A stretch of 64,000 nucleotides of DNA from Thermoanaerobaculia bacterium (GCA_041912555.1 JAYRMU010000032.1:45614-109613); one strand, 5' to 3'. Counted from the first letter of the stretch, positions 50,351 to 60,490 are shown. Numbers and translations: made by a program. The notes: generated by a model from the letters alone, not told the origin.

Positions 50351-50998
50351 ATGCCGCCGCTCTTCGCCGCGCTCGCCGCAGCCGCCGTGACGGTGGGCGC
50401 GACCCACACGCTGGCGCCCGACCACTGGGTGCCGTTCGCGGCCCTGGCCCGCGCCCAGCGCTGGTCGGCCGGCCGGACGGCGGCCGTCACGGTCCTCTGC
50501 GGGTTCGGGCACGTCACGGTGTCCGCGCTCCTCGGGGTCCTCGGCCTGCTCTTCGGGCTGGGGATGGTCGAGGCGTTCGGCCGACGCATGGAGACCGCCG
50601 CGGGCTTCCTCCTCGTGGCCTTCGGGCTCGTCTACTCGGTGTGGGGCCTGCGCCGCGCCCTCGGCAAGCGCCTGCACGGGCACGTGCACGCCCACTACGA
50701 CCACGTGCACGAGCCGGCGCGCGCCACGGTGTGGGGCCTGTTCCTCCTCTTCTCGGCCGATCCGTGCGTGGCCGTCGTGCCGCTGCTCTTCGCCGCGGCG
50801 CCGCTCGGGGCCCGCAGCGCGACCGGGGTCGTGGGCCTCTACGAGATCGCGACGATCGGGACGATGGTCCTGCTCGTGCTGCCGGCCCGGGCGGGAGCGC
50901 GGGCGCTGCGCTCGGCCTGGCTCGAGCGGTGGGCGGACGCCGCCGCCGGCGCCGTCATCGCCGCGGTCGGCGTCTGCGTCATCTCCCTGGGCTGGTAG
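50351..50998 (+). CDS. Putative Ni/Co transporter (NicO/UreH-like)
   Basis: TM1 HTLAPDHW motif; His-rich loop HGHVHAHYDHVH; about 6 TM; ends the hyp cluster. Confidence 0.75.
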   Translation: MPPLFAALAAAAVTVGATHTLAPDHWVPFAALARAQRWSAGRTAAVTVLCGFGHVTVSALLGVLGLLFGLGMVEAFGRRMETAAGFLLVAFGLVYSVWGLRRALGKRLHGHVHAHYDHVHEPARATVWGLFLLFSADPCVAVVPLLFAAAPLGARSATGVVGLYEIATIGTMVLLVLPARAGARALRSAWLERWADAAAGAVIAAVGVCVISLGW

Positions 50999-51061
50999 GA
51001 GTTCCGGCGACTTCCGGCCCTCGAGCCGAACTTTCCGCCCCGGCATTCGTTTGCATTACCG

Positions 51062-52012
51062 ATGGCGGCGATTCCCATCGAGGCGCAAGGCCTGCGCAAG
51101 GTGTACCGGGGCCGGTTCGGCGGCCGGAGCGTGTCGGCCCTCGACGGGCTCGATCTGCGGGTCGAGCCGGGCGAGGTCTTCGGCCTGCTCGGCCCCAACG
51201 GGGCCGGAAAGACCACGACGGTCAAGATCCTCCTCGGACTGACCCGGCCCTCGTCCGGCTCGGCGAGGCTCTTCGGGCTCCCGGCCAGCGATCCGGCCAG
51301 CCGCAGGCGGGTCGGCTATCTCCCGGAAGGGCACCGGTTCCCCGGGTATCTGACCGCCCGCCAGACGCTCTCGATCTTCGGCCGCATGTCCGGGATGGAC
51401 GCCGCCGCGCTCGGCCGCCGGATTCCCTCCCTGCTCGAGCGGGTCCGGCTGTCCGACTGGGGCGACGTCCGGGTCAAGAAGTTCTCCAAGGGCATGACCC
51501 AGCGGCTGGGCCTGGCGGCCGCCCTCGTCCACGACCCCGACGTCCTGCTGCTCGACGAACCGACGGACGGCGTGGACCCGGTCGGCCGCCGCGAGATCCG
51601 CGACCTCCTGCAGGAGGAGGCCGCCCGCGGCAAGGCCATCCTGCTCAACTCGCACCTGCTGTCCGAGATCGAGCGGATGTGCGGCCGCGTGGCGGTCCTG
51701 CGCGCGGGCCGGGTGGCCGCCGAGGGCCGCATCGAGGACCTGACGGCGGGCGGCTCCCGGTACCGGCTCGTCGCGAGCGACGTGGACGAGCGGCTTCTCG
51801 CCGCCTTCCGCGAGACCGGAGCGACGATCGAGCGCGTCAACGGCCACTTCGATCTGGGCGCGCGCGACCTCGATCACCTGAACGCCCTGGTGGACCGGCT
51901 GCGCGCCGGCGGCGCGAAGCTCCAGGAGCTGTCGCCCGTGCGCTCGAGCCTCGAGGACGTGTTCGTCGGCCTCGTCCGCGACGGCGACGCCGGAAAGGAC
52001 GCGCGCCCATGA
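51062..52012 (+). CDS. ABC transporter ATP-binding protein
   Basis: GPNGAGKT, FSKGM signature, LLLDEP, SH switch. Confidence 0.93.
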   Translation: MAAIPIEAQGLRKVYRGRFGGRSVSALDGLDLRVEPGEVFGLLGPNGAGKTTTVKILLGLTRPSSGSARLFGLPASDPASRRRVGYLPEGHRFPGYLTARQTLSIFGRMSGMDAAALGRRIPSLLERVRLSDWGDVRVKKFSKGMTQRLGLAAALVHDPDVLLLDEPTDGVDPVGRREIRDLLQEEAARGKAILLNSHLLSEIERMCGRVAVLRAGRVAAEGRIEDLTAGGSRYRLVASDVDERLLAAFRETGATIERVNGHFDLGARDLDHLNALVDRLRAGGAKLQELSPVRSSLEDVFVGLVRDGDAGKDARP

Positions 52013-52863
52013 GAGCCTTCGCGGCCAGCGTGCAGGAGGTCTTCCGCGAGGCGGCGGCAAGGTGGACGCTCGTCGCCTACTTCGCGCTCTCCTCCCTCTT
52101 CATCCTCATCTTCGCGGCGGCCGTCAACCTCGACGTCGTCAACGGCGCCCTGGCCGGCGTGAAGCTGTTCGGCCAGTCCATCGAGATGGACGGCCGCTCG
52201 GTGGACATCGACAAGATCGTGCTCGGCTTCGAGTCGGGCTTCTCGGGCTTTCTCTACCTCGTGGGGACCTTTCTGGCGCTCTTCGCGACGGCCCACCTCG
52301 TCCCCCGGCTCCAGGAGAAGGGGACGATCGACCTCTACCTCTCCCGTCCGGTGGGGCGGGTGGCGCTGCTGATGTCGCGCTACGCGGGCGGGCTCCTGCT
52401 CGCCGCGGCGAACCTCGCGTACCTGATCGGGACCATGTGGCTGATCGTCGTGTGGAAGACCCGCGTCCTCCACCCGAGGTTCCTCCTGTCGGGGCTCGTC
52501 ATCCTCTTCGCGTTCGCCGCGCTTCTCGCGTTCGCGTTCCTCGTCGGCGTGGTGACGTCCTCGACGGGCGTCTCCCTCATGACGACGTACGCGGTGTTCT
52601 TCTTCGCGGCCGTGCTCTCCGCGCACGCCCGCATCGAGGCCGTCGTCTCGACGGAATTCACCGCCCGGCTCGTTCGGGGGCTCTACTGGCTGCTGCCGAA
52701 GACGGCCGAGCTCGGCCAGGCCACCGTGGCCCTGGTCGCCGGGCGGGAAGCCCCGGAGCGGCTGGCCGACTTCAGCGTTCTCGGCGTGTACGGTTCGACC
52801 GCGCTCTTCGCGATCGCGGCGCTCGGGCTCGCCTCGTGGCTCTTTTCCAGAAAGGACTTCTGA
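52009..52863 (+). CDS. ABC-2 type permease
   Basis: 6 TM; KGTIDLYLSRPV.R motif; ATGA overlap with the ATPase. Confidence 0.85.
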   Translation: MRAFAASVQEVFREAAARWTLVAYFALSSLFILIFAAAVNLDVVNGALAGVKLFGQSIEMDGRSVDIDKIVLGFESGFSGFLYLVGTFLALFATAHLVPRLQEKGTIDLYLSRPVGRVALLMSRYAGGLLLAAANLAYLIGTMWLIVVWKTRVLHPRFLLSGLVILFAFAALLAFAFLVGVVTSSTGVSLMTTYAVFFFAAVLSAHARIEAVVSTEFTARLVRGLYWLLPKTAELGQATVALVAGREAPERLADFSVLGVYGSTALFAIAALGLASWLFSRKDF

Positions 52864-52864
52864 C

Positions 52865-53884
52865 ATGACCGCTCGACGCACGCTTCCGCGCCTCGGCCTG
52901 GCCCTCGCGCTCGCGCTCCTCGGAGCCTCGAGCGCCCTCGCGGTGCGGCGCACCGAGGACCCGCTCGCCCTCGTTCCCGCCGACGCCGCCTCGGTGGGCG
53001 TGATCCACTGGAACGAGCTGCGCGCGAGCCCGCTCGGCGCGCAGGTGTTCTCGCGGATGGACGACGCCTCGACCGACGGCGACGCCCAGCGGTTCCTGCG
53101 CGAAACGGGCCTGACGCCCCGCGAAGACATCGACACGATCGTGCTGGCGATGTCGCGCGGCTCCGCGGACGCGACGGACGGGGACGTCCTCGTCGTCTTC
53201 GAGGGACGGTTCGATCTCGCGCGGATCGCGGGAGCCCTCGCGGCGCGCGGCGCCGTGAAGCAGGCCGGGGCGAGCGGCGAGTACTACCGGCTCGCGAGCG
53301 AGGACGGCGGCCGGCCGGGAGCGGTCGCCCTCGTCAACGCCTCCCTGCTCGTCGCCGGCAGCGAGCCGGCCGTCACCGCCGCCCTCGGCCGCCGGGAGTC
53401 CGGCGGGGCCGGCGGCCTCATGTCGGGGCTGGGGCTCGGCCGAAGCCTCTCGCGCGTGGACCGCGACGCCTCCGCGTGGGCGCTCGTGGACGTCACGCGG
53501 TTGCCCGCGGGGGCGCGGCGCGCGTCCCACGGGTCAGCCGAAGGCGAGGCGGACCCGTCGCGGGCGATCGTCGGAGCGATGAAGTCGGTCTCGCTGCTCG
53601 CCCTGCAGGCCAAGGTGCACGGCGACGCGGTGGATTTCTCGGCGGTCGGCCTCTCGAGCGACGCGGAGAGCCGCGGCCTGATCGAGGATTCCCTGCGCGG
53701 AGTTCTGGCGATGTGGCGCCTGGCGGTGCAGGAGAAGTCGCCCGAGCTCGTCTCGGTGCTGCGCCGGGTCCGGATCGAGGACGACGGCGAGGGCGTCTCG
53801 ATCAGCGGAACGCTGCCCGGCAGCTTTCTGCGCTCGCTGTCGGCGGCCACGCAGGCGAACCGGGGGCGGAGCGGGAGGCAGTGA
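52865..53884 (+). CDS. Exported hypothetical protein (DUF3352-like), probable ABC accessory
   Basis: Signal peptide; L..VP.DA..V...; 1 nt after the permease. Confidence 0.7.
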   Translation: MTARRTLPRLGLALALALLGASSALAVRRTEDPLALVPADAASVGVIHWNELRASPLGAQVFSRMDDASTDGDAQRFLRETGLTPREDIDTIVLAMSRGSADATDGDVLVVFEGRFDLARIAGALAARGAVKQAGASGEYYRLASEDGGRPGAVALVNASLLVAGSEPAVTAALGRRESGGAGGLMSGLGLGRSLSRVDRDASAWALVDVTRLPAGARRASHGSAEGEADPSRAIVGAMKSVSLLALQAKVHGDAVDFSAVGLSSDAESRGLIEDSLRGVLAMWRLAVQEKSPELVSVLRRVRIEDDGEGVSISGTLPGSFLRSLSAATQANRGRSGRQ

Positions 53885-53925
53885 GCGGGAGGCAGTGAGC
53901 GGGAGGTGGGAGGCGGGAGGCGGGG
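53869..53925 (+). repeat. Short tandem repeat GAGCGGGAGGCAGT x2.7 plus GGGAGGN repeats
   Basis: Directly visible; spans the 53884 stop codon. Confidence 0.7.
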
Positions 53926-53933
53926 TAAAGCAA

Positions 53934-53958
53934 GAGGGGCGGCCGTTGGCCGCCCCTC
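53934..53958. terminator. Hairpin between convergent genes (likely bidirectional terminator)
   Basis: GAGGGGCGGCC-GTT-GGCCGCCCCTC 11-bp stem; weak U tracts. Confidence 0.6.
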
Positions 53959-53970
53959 GGTCGTTTAGCC

Positions 53971-54630
53971 TTACTGCTGGGGAGGCTTGGGCGCGGCGCT
54001 CGGCGGGCGCGCGGGGGCCTTGCCGGGAGCTTTTCCCGCCGCGCCAGGTCCGCCTGGTCCGCCGGGACCGCCGGTTCCGCCCTGGGCCGCGGCCTGCTGC
54101 TTGAGCTCTTCGCTCTTGGCGGTCATCGCCGCGCGGAGCTCGTCGGAGTGGGGCTGGGAAAGCTTCGCGCCGGCCATGGCCGTGCGCTGCATCAGCTCGG
54201 GAAGCTTCTCGAGGGACTTCTGTCCCGCGGTCGATCCGTAGAACGCGGCCATCTGCTTGAGCTCGGCTTCGGTGAAGGTGTCGGTGTACATCTTCGTGAG
54301 CTCGGGCTGCATCGCCTCCCAGGTCATGTACTTCTTGAGCCAGGTCACCATGACCTCGCGGTAGGGCGTCAGCCCGGGGTTGCGGCTGATCTCGGAATCG
54401 ATCATGGCGTTGGCGGTGTCCGACAGGCCGGCCTGGAGCTTCATGGCCTTGAACAGGTCCTGCGCGGCGGCGGCGCTGGCGGCGGTCGAGGCCGCGTTGG
54501 GAGTGCCCGTCACCGCGGGCGTGGCCCCGGCGGCGGTGCCCGGAGCGCCGGAGTTCTTGCAGGCGAACGTGGAGACGGCCAGGACGGCGGCCGTCAGGGA
54601 CCAGGCGATCCTGGAAAGGCGAGAGCGCAT
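53971..54630 (-). CDS. DUF2059-domain lipoprotein
   Basis: Lipobox TFAC; Y...FTE.EL..M..FY.S..GQK motif; Pro/Gly tail; GGAGG RBS. Confidence 0.85.
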   Translation of the reverse strand: MRSRLSRIAWSLTAAVLAVSTFACKNSGAPGTAAGATPAVTGTPNAASTAASAAAAQDLFKAMKLQAGLSDTANAMIDSEISRNPGLTPYREVMVTWLKKYMTWEAMQPELTKMYTDTFTEAELKQMAAFYGSTAGQKSLEKLPELMQRTAMAGAKLSQPHSDELRAAMTAKSEELKQQAAAQGGTGGPGGPGGPGAAGKAPGKAPARPPSAAPKPPQQ

Positions 54631-54767
54631 CGAGTTCCTCCCGGAAGCGTGAGGGCTCGTCCCGCCAAGAAGGCTTCCGGGCAGTCGGACGGAGACATCC
54701 CTTCCTGGCGCGAAGAATATGACGGCCCGGGCCCAAACGCCGACGAAAATCGCGGCGGCGTGCCCCG

Positions 54768-55643
54768 TCAGATCTCCGCCGGGGGCTCGGCCCGCCGCGC
54801 CGAGCGCAGCATCGCCAGGGCCGTGTACAGCACGACCCCGAAGACGAGCCAGCGCAACGCCGTGAGGGGCAGGGACTTGACCACGAACGCCGCGAGGAGG
54901 ACGGCCGGGATGCCGCCGATCGTCAGGCCGACCGCCGCGCGCAGGCTGTAGCTGCCCCGGGCGATGAAGCGCAGGCCCCCGACCGGCATGAGGAACGCGC
55001 ACGAGCCCATCATGATCGGGAAGGCGGCGCGCGGGTTCATCCCGAGCAGGGCGACGAGGATCATGCAGGGCGCGTACAGCCCGATGCCGAGCGTCATGAG
55101 GGCGCCGAGCGCGAAGTTTCCGAGCAGGCCCGCCCACAGGAGGGGGGACCGCAGGCCGAGCGTGTCGCCCCCCGAGGGGAAGAGGCCGAGGTTCGTCATC
55201 GCGAAGAAGGACGCCGCGGCGAAGAGGGCGATTCCCATCCCCGCCTGGACGCGGCGGCGGGGCCACGCGGCGACCATCCCGGCGCCGAGCCAGGCGCCGG
55301 CGACCGAGGCGGCGATCATGCCGACGAGCGTCGTCATCTCGACCTCGACGATCGCGATGAAGATGAAGGCCTGCGTGATGGTCGGCAGGGCGTGGCCGAC
55401 GTTGAGGGTCCCGGGGATCTTCTCGTCGCGCACGACGCCCTTCAGCTTCCAGATCGACGTGGTCGGGGCGAACGAGCCGATGCCCAGGGTGTCGAAGAAG
55501 TTCGTCATGAAGCCGATCGCGAGCGCGAGGGGCCCGGGCTGCCGCGGCTCGCGCGTCTTCCGGGCGGATCGGACCCAGGCGACGACGAACACGAGGGCCA
55601 CGGCCCCGAGGGCGAGGAAGAGGAGCGTCTTGACCGGCGGCAC
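54768..55643 (-). CDS. Sulfite exporter TauE/SafE family protein
   Basis: NFFDTLGIGSFA, GIGLYAP, PIMMGSCAFL; multi-TM. Confidence 0.8.
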   Translation of the reverse strand: MPPVKTLLFLALGAVALVFVVAWVRSARKTREPRQPGPLALAIGFMTNFFDTLGIGSFAPTTSIWKLKGVVRDEKIPGTLNVGHALPTITQAFIFIAIVEVEMTTLVGMIAASVAGAWLGAGMVAAWPRRRVQAGMGIALFAAASFFAMTNLGLFPSGGDTLGLRSPLLWAGLLGNFALGALMTLGIGLYAPCMILVALLGMNPRAAFPIMMGSCAFLMPVGGLRFIARGSYSLRAAVGLTIGGIPAVLLAAFVVKSLPLTALRWLVFGVVLYTALAMLRSARRAEPPAEI

Positions 55644-55680
55644 GTTGCGGGGATTTTAGATCAATGACAATCTCCGCCCC

Positions 55681-56784
55681 ATGAAGATCCGACGCATCTC
55701 GGCCTACAGGGTGGAGCTGCCGCTCCACGAGGGGAGCTACCAGTGGTCCGGCGGGAAATCGGTCGCCGTCTTCGACAGCACCCTGGTGCGGGTCGAGACG
55801 GACACCGGACTGGCCGGCCACGGAGAGGTCTGCCCGCTCGGCCCCGCCTATCTGCCCGCCTACGCCGAGGGAGTTCGCGCCGGGATCGCCGTGCTCGCGC
55901 CCCACCTGATCGGCGAGGACCCGCGGGACCTCGAGCGCCTGAACCGGCGGATGGACGCCGCCCTCAAGGGGCATCCGTACGTGAAGTCGGGGATCGACAT
56001 CGCCTGCTGGGACCTCCTCGGGCAGGCCGCCGGCCTGCCGGTGGCGACGCTGCTCGGCGGGCGTTACGGCGAGGACTTCGTGCTCTACCGCGCGATCTCG
56101 CAGGAGGCCCCCGACGCCATGGCCCGCAAGGTGGCGGGATACCGGGCGGAGGGGTACCGGCGGTTCCAGCTCAAGGTCGGCGCAGACCCGGACGTGGACG
56201 TCGCGCGGATCCGGGCGGTGCGCGCGGTGCTCGAGCCGACCGACGTCCTCGTGGCCGACGCCAACACGGGCTGGCTGCCGCACCAGGCCGCCCGGGTCGT
56301 GCGCGCCGTGCGCGACGTGGACGTGTACATCGAGCAGCCGTGCGCGACCTACGAGGAGTGCCTCTCGGTCCGGCAGCGGACGGACCACCCGTTCGTGCTC
56401 GACGAGATCATCGACGGGATCGGGGTCCTCCTGCGCGCGGCGGGAGACCGGGCGATGGACGTCGTCAACATCAAGATCTCGAAGTTCGGGGGGCTGACCC
56501 GCGCGCGGCAGGCCCGGGACCTGTGCGCGTCGCTCGGGATCGCCATGACGATCGAGGACTCCTGGGGCGGCGACGTCACGACCGCGGCCATCGCCCACCT
56601 CGCGCACTCGACGCCGCCGGAGCTGCTCTTCACGTCCACCGACTTCAACAGCTACGTGACGGTCTCGACGGCCGAAGGCGCGCCGCAGCGGCGCAACGGC
56701 CGGATGGCGGCCTCGGGGGCCCCCGGGCTCGGGATCACCCCGCGGCCCGAATTCGTGCGGACCGCCGCGGTCGACGTGTCCTGA
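55681..56784 (+). CDS. Enolase-superfamily enzyme (cis-3-hydroxyproline dehydratase/HpbD-like subgroup)
   Basis: Y.WSGG loop, CPLGP.YLP.Y, Q.KVG, DAN, EQP, LDE, NIKISK, IEDSWG. Confidence 0.8.
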   Translation: MKIRRISAYRVELPLHEGSYQWSGGKSVAVFDSTLVRVETDTGLAGHGEVCPLGPAYLPAYAEGVRAGIAVLAPHLIGEDPRDLERLNRRMDAALKGHPYVKSGIDIACWDLLGQAAGLPVATLLGGRYGEDFVLYRAISQEAPDAMARKVAGYRAEGYRRFQLKVGADPDVDVARIRAVRAVLEPTDVLVADANTGWLPHQAARVVRAVRDVDVYIEQPCATYEECLSVRQRTDHPFVLDEIIDGIGVLLRAAGDRAMDVVNIKISKFGGLTRARQARDLCASLGIAMTIEDSWGGDVTTAAIAHLAHSTPPELLFTSTDFNSYVTVSTAEGAPQRRNGRMAASGAPGLGITPRPEFVRTAAVDVS

Positions 56785-56809
56785 CGGGGCCTGCTAGTAT
56801 CACCGGTCC

Positions 56810-58876
56810 ATGTCCACCGCGACCGCCGCCGAGCACCTGCCCCCCGAAGTCCAGACCCTCGTCGACCAGAAAAAATTTGACGCGCTCGAAGCCCTCTGGA
56901 ACCGGAAGATGGAGGAGGACGCGGCGGACCTCCCGTTCTTCTTCAACGTGGCCGCGGCCGTCAAGAAGAAGGGGGGCGGCGCGCCCGCGCTCGCGTGGCT
57001 GCGCTTCCTGGCGGAGTTCCACGCGAGCGGCGACGGCGAGGCGCGGACCCGGGTGCTCCTCGAGATCGCGCGGATGTCCCCGACCGACACGAGCGTCCGC
57101 AAGGACCTGACGGCCACCCTCCGCGCTCGGTTTGCGGGGCACCCCGCCCTGGCGGCCGTGCTCGCGAAGTTCCCGCTCGAGGGCGCGGCGGATCCGTCCG
57201 AGGTGGCCGGCCGCATCGCGCGCTGGCTCTCCTTCCAGCCCAACGCGATCTACTACATGCCCGGCCGCGGGGCGGGCCGGCTGGCGGAGATGAACCCGGC
57301 GCTCGACGTAATGCGCCTCGAAGTGGGCGGCGCGCGCATTCCGCTTTCCCTCGTGTCGGCCGAGAAGAACCTCGTCCCGCTTCCGGAAGGCCATTTCCTG
57401 CGCCGCAAGGTCGAGGACCCGAGGGGCCTCTCCGCGTTCGCCGAGAAGGAACCGGCCGAGGCCCTGCACCTCCTGCTCTCGAGCTTCGGCCGCCCGCTGA
57501 CGGTCCAGGAGGTCAAGGACCACTTCGCGGGCATCGTCCCCGAGGAGCGCTGGACCTCGTTCTGGTCGGCCGCCCGCAAGAACCGCCAGGTGCTGGTCTC
57601 GGGCAGCTCGAAGTCGGCGTCCGTGTCGTGGAGCGAGAGCGCCGACGCGGCGGAGGAGACCGTGCGCCAGGCGTTCCTCAAGGCCGAGCCCGCGGCGCGG
57701 ATGGACCTGGCGCGCAAGCACGCGAAGCGCTCCAAGGAGCTGGCGCGCTTCTTCGCGACCGCGCTGTCCGAGGATTCCGAGCGCGTCGCGCCCCGCAATC
57801 CCGCGCTCGCCTGGGAGCTGTCGCAGGCGGCCGTGCGCCTGGATCCCTCGGGGCCGGAGGCGTTCCCGGCGGCGAGCCTGCTCGGTTCCGCGGACCTCGG
57901 CCGCGTGCTCGGAGAGATCCGGGACGGCGGCTCCCGCGAAAAGGCGCTGGCCGCGATCCGGGAGACCCGCGCCGACTGGGCCGAGCTGTACATCGAGCAG
58001 ATCGGGCGCGAGGACGACGCCCGCGTGCTGACGACGCTCTTCGAGGCGCTCGGCGACCGCGCCACGGACCTGTCGCGCAAGATCCTGCGCTCGCCCCGCT
58101 CCGCGCCCCGCGCCTTCGTCTGGCTGTGCGAGCGCATGCACGCCGAGGGCCGGACGGACGCGCCGGGCCTGTTCTTCGCGCTCACCGACGCCCTCCGGAT
58201 GGACGAGTTCTCGGGCTTGCGCGCGCGCCTCAAGGAGTTCTTCGAGCCGGGCGGCTTCGGCGTGGCCCTCGTGAGGACGGCCTCCTCGGAAGAGGAGGCG
58301 CGCGAAATGCTCCACGCGCTCGACCGCGTCGCGGGGCTCGAGGAGCACCGCCGCGCCACGGTGCGCGAAGCCCTGCTCATGAAGTTCCCGGAGCTGCGGG
58401 CGCCGGCGCGGGAGTACCTCTACGCCACGGCCGAGGCCATCGAGGCGAGGCGCCAGGAGGTCATCCACCTGAAGCAGGTCGAGCTGCCGGCCAACGCGAT
58501 CGCGATGAAGACGGCCAAGGAGCACGGCGACCTGCGCGAGAACTTCGAGTACCACGCCGCGCGGCAGAAGCACGAGTACCTCTCGGCGCGGATCGCCACC
58601 ATCGCCGACGAGCTGTCCCGCTCCCGCGCGCTCGACCCGACGAAGATCGACGTGTCCGAGGTTCGCGTCGGGGCCCGCGTGCGCCTGCGCGACGTCGCGA
58701 CCGGCGCCGAGCGCGACGCCACGATCCTCGGGCCCTGGGACTCGAAGCCGGAGGAAGGGATCTACTCCTACCAGTCCGAGTTCGCGGAGCGGCTGCTCGG
58801 CGCGCGCCTGGGCGACCGCGTGAACCTCGCGGAAGGCCCCGTCGAGATCGTGGCGATCGCTCCCTGGAAGTCGTGA
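56810..58876 (+). CDS. Large GreA/GreB-domain protein (688 aa)
   Basis: C-terminal HGDLRENFEYHAAR, V.VG..V.L, ILGPWDS, SY.S..A..LLG; about 530 aa N-terminal extension. Confidence 0.85.
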   Translation: MSTATAAEHLPPEVQTLVDQKKFDALEALWNRKMEEDAADLPFFFNVAAAVKKKGGGAPALAWLRFLAEFHASGDGEARTRVLLEIARMSPTDTSVRKDLTATLRARFAGHPALAAVLAKFPLEGAADPSEVAGRIARWLSFQPNAIYYMPGRGAGRLAEMNPALDVMRLEVGGARIPLSLVSAEKNLVPLPEGHFLRRKVEDPRGLSAFAEKEPAEALHLLLSSFGRPLTVQEVKDHFAGIVPEERWTSFWSAARKNRQVLVSGSSKSASVSWSESADAAEETVRQAFLKAEPAARMDLARKHAKRSKELARFFATALSEDSERVAPRNPALAWELSQAAVRLDPSGPEAFPAASLLGSADLGRVLGEIRDGGSREKALAAIRETRADWAELYIEQIGREDDARVLTTLFEALGDRATDLSRKILRSPRSAPRAFVWLCERMHAEGRTDAPGLFFALTDALRMDEFSGLRARLKEFFEPGGFGVALVRTASSEEEAREMLHALDRVAGLEEHRRATVREALLMKFPELRAPAREYLYATAEAIEARRQEVIHLKQVELPANAIAMKTAKEHGDLRENFEYHAARQKHEYLSARIATIADELSRSRALDPTKIDVSEVRVGARVRLRDVATGAERDATILGPWDSKPEEGIYSYQSEFAERLLGARLGDRVNLAEGPVEIVAIAPWKS

Positions 58877-60123
58877 GGCGCGCCGCCGTCCTGCTCTGCG
58901 CCGCCCTCGCGGCGGCGCCGGGGCTCTCCGAGGAGATCCTGCGGCTCCCGATCGGGGACCCCGCGCGCAAGGACCGCGAGGCGCCCGTCGTCCTCGACGC
59001 CCTGACGGACACCGCCTCGGGCGCCCTCCTGACGCCGGCGGACCTGCCGGCGCGGCTCGCCGACGCGCGGCTCGTGCTCGTGGGCGAGGAGCACATCGGC
59101 ATGGACTCGCACCGGCTCGAGAAGCGCGTGATCGAGGAGCTCCACCGTTCGGGCCGCCGCGTCCTGATCGGCCTCGAGATGTACCCCTATCCCGAGCAGC
59201 GCTGGCTCGACGACTGGAGCGACGGAAAGCTCTCCGAGGAGGCGTTCGTCGCGGGCTCGCGCTGGTACGGGAACTGGAACTACAACTGGCTCTACTACCG
59301 GGACATCTTCCTCTTCGCGCGCGACAACCACCTCCGGATGTACGCGATCAACGCCCCGCGCGAGGTCGTGTCGGCGGTGCGCAACAAGGGCTTCCAGGGC
59401 CTGACGCCGGACGAGGCCGCGCACATCCCGACGCAGATCGACACGAAGAGCGCCGACCACCTTCGCCTCTTCAAGGCCTCGTTCGACGAGGAGTCCACGT
59501 TTCACATGGGCGGCAGCGACGAGCAGTGGCAGGCGATGCTCAACGCGCAGTGCACGTGGGACGCGACGATGGGCTGGAACGCCGTCGCTCCGCTCCGGAA
59601 GGACCCGGATCCGAAGGCCGTGATGGTCGTGCTCGTCGGCGCGGGGCACGTGCAGTACGGCCTCGGCATCGAGCGCCAGGTCCGGCAGTGGTTTCCGGGC
59701 CGCGTCGCGTCGGTGATCCCGGTGAAGGTCGAGGACGACAAGAAGGGGCCGGTCCGGAGCGTCCAGGCCTCCTACGCCAATTTCGTGTGGGGCATCGCGC
59801 CGGAAGTCGACTCCCTCTATCCGGAGCTCGGCGTCGCGACTCACGTTCGCGGCGACGACAAGCTCCTCGAGGTCCTCGACGTCGAGAAGGACACGCCGGC
59901 GGCGGCCGCGGGCTTCCGGGTCGGCGACGTGCTCCTCACGATGGACGGCGTCGCGCTCGCCGACAGGGCGACGCTGGCGCGCCTGGTGGCGGGAAAACGG
60001 TGGGGCGACGCGGCGGCCTTCACGGTGCGGCGCGACAAGGACACGGTGCCGCTGAACGTCCTGCTGCGCCGGACCATGCCGGACAAGGAGAAGGACAAGG
60101 CGCCGGAGGCCCCGAAGCCCTGA
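58873..60123 (+). CDS. ChaN-family (haem-uptake-like) protein with C-terminal PDZ
   Basis: VLVGEEH, IGLEM, WD.TM, GAGHV.YG.GI; P.A.AG...GD PDZ motif; GTGA overlap. Confidence 0.8.
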   Translation: MRRAAVLLCAALAAAPGLSEEILRLPIGDPARKDREAPVVLDALTDTASGALLTPADLPARLADARLVLVGEEHIGMDSHRLEKRVIEELHRSGRRVLIGLEMYPYPEQRWLDDWSDGKLSEEAFVAGSRWYGNWNYNWLYYRDIFLFARDNHLRMYAINAPREVVSAVRNKGFQGLTPDEAAHIPTQIDTKSADHLRLFKASFDEESTFHMGGSDEQWQAMLNAQCTWDATMGWNAVAPLRKDPDPKAVMVVLVGAGHVQYGLGIERQVRQWFPGRVASVIPVKVEDDKKGPVRSVQASYANFVWGIAPEVDSLYPELGVATHVRGDDKLLEVLDVEKDTPAAAAGFRVGDVLLTMDGVALADRATLARLVAGKRWGDAAAFTVRRDKDTVPLNVLLRRTMPDKEKDKAPEAPKP

Positions 60124-60126
60124 CGC

Positions 60127-60486
60127 CTAGCGGGCCGGGTCGAGCGGCCGGCTCCCCGGCGAGTACTTGAGGACGCGCACCTTCTCCATCGTGACGAGCC
60201 CCTCGGCGACCATCTCGTCGAGGGCCGGGAGGAGCCGCTCGACGTGCTCGGGGGTGTCCACGATCTCGAGGACGAGCGGCAGGTCCTGCGACAGCCGCTC
60301 GAGCAGCGTCGTGTGCAGGACGCTGCGGGCGCCGAAGCCGCCGATCCCGCGGAAGACCGTCGCCCCGGCGTAGCCCTCCTTGCGCAGGCGCTGCAGCAGC
60401 GCCATCCAGAGCGGCTGGTGCTGCCACCGGTCGGACTCGCCGATGAAGATGCGCATGAGGACCTGTTCGCCGTCGAGAACGCGCAT
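60127..60486 (-). CDS. DUF190 domain protein
   Basis: MRIFIGESD, GATVFRGI.GFG, LS.DLP.V.EIVD; typical crcB neighbour. Confidence 0.9.
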   Translation of the reverse strand: MRVLDGEQVLMRIFIGESDRWQHQPLWMALLQRLRKEGYAGATVFRGIGGFGARSVLHTTLLERLSQDLPLVLEIVDTPEHVERLLPALDEMVAEGLVTMEKVRVLKYSPGSRPLDPAR

Positions 60487-60490
60487 GGGA

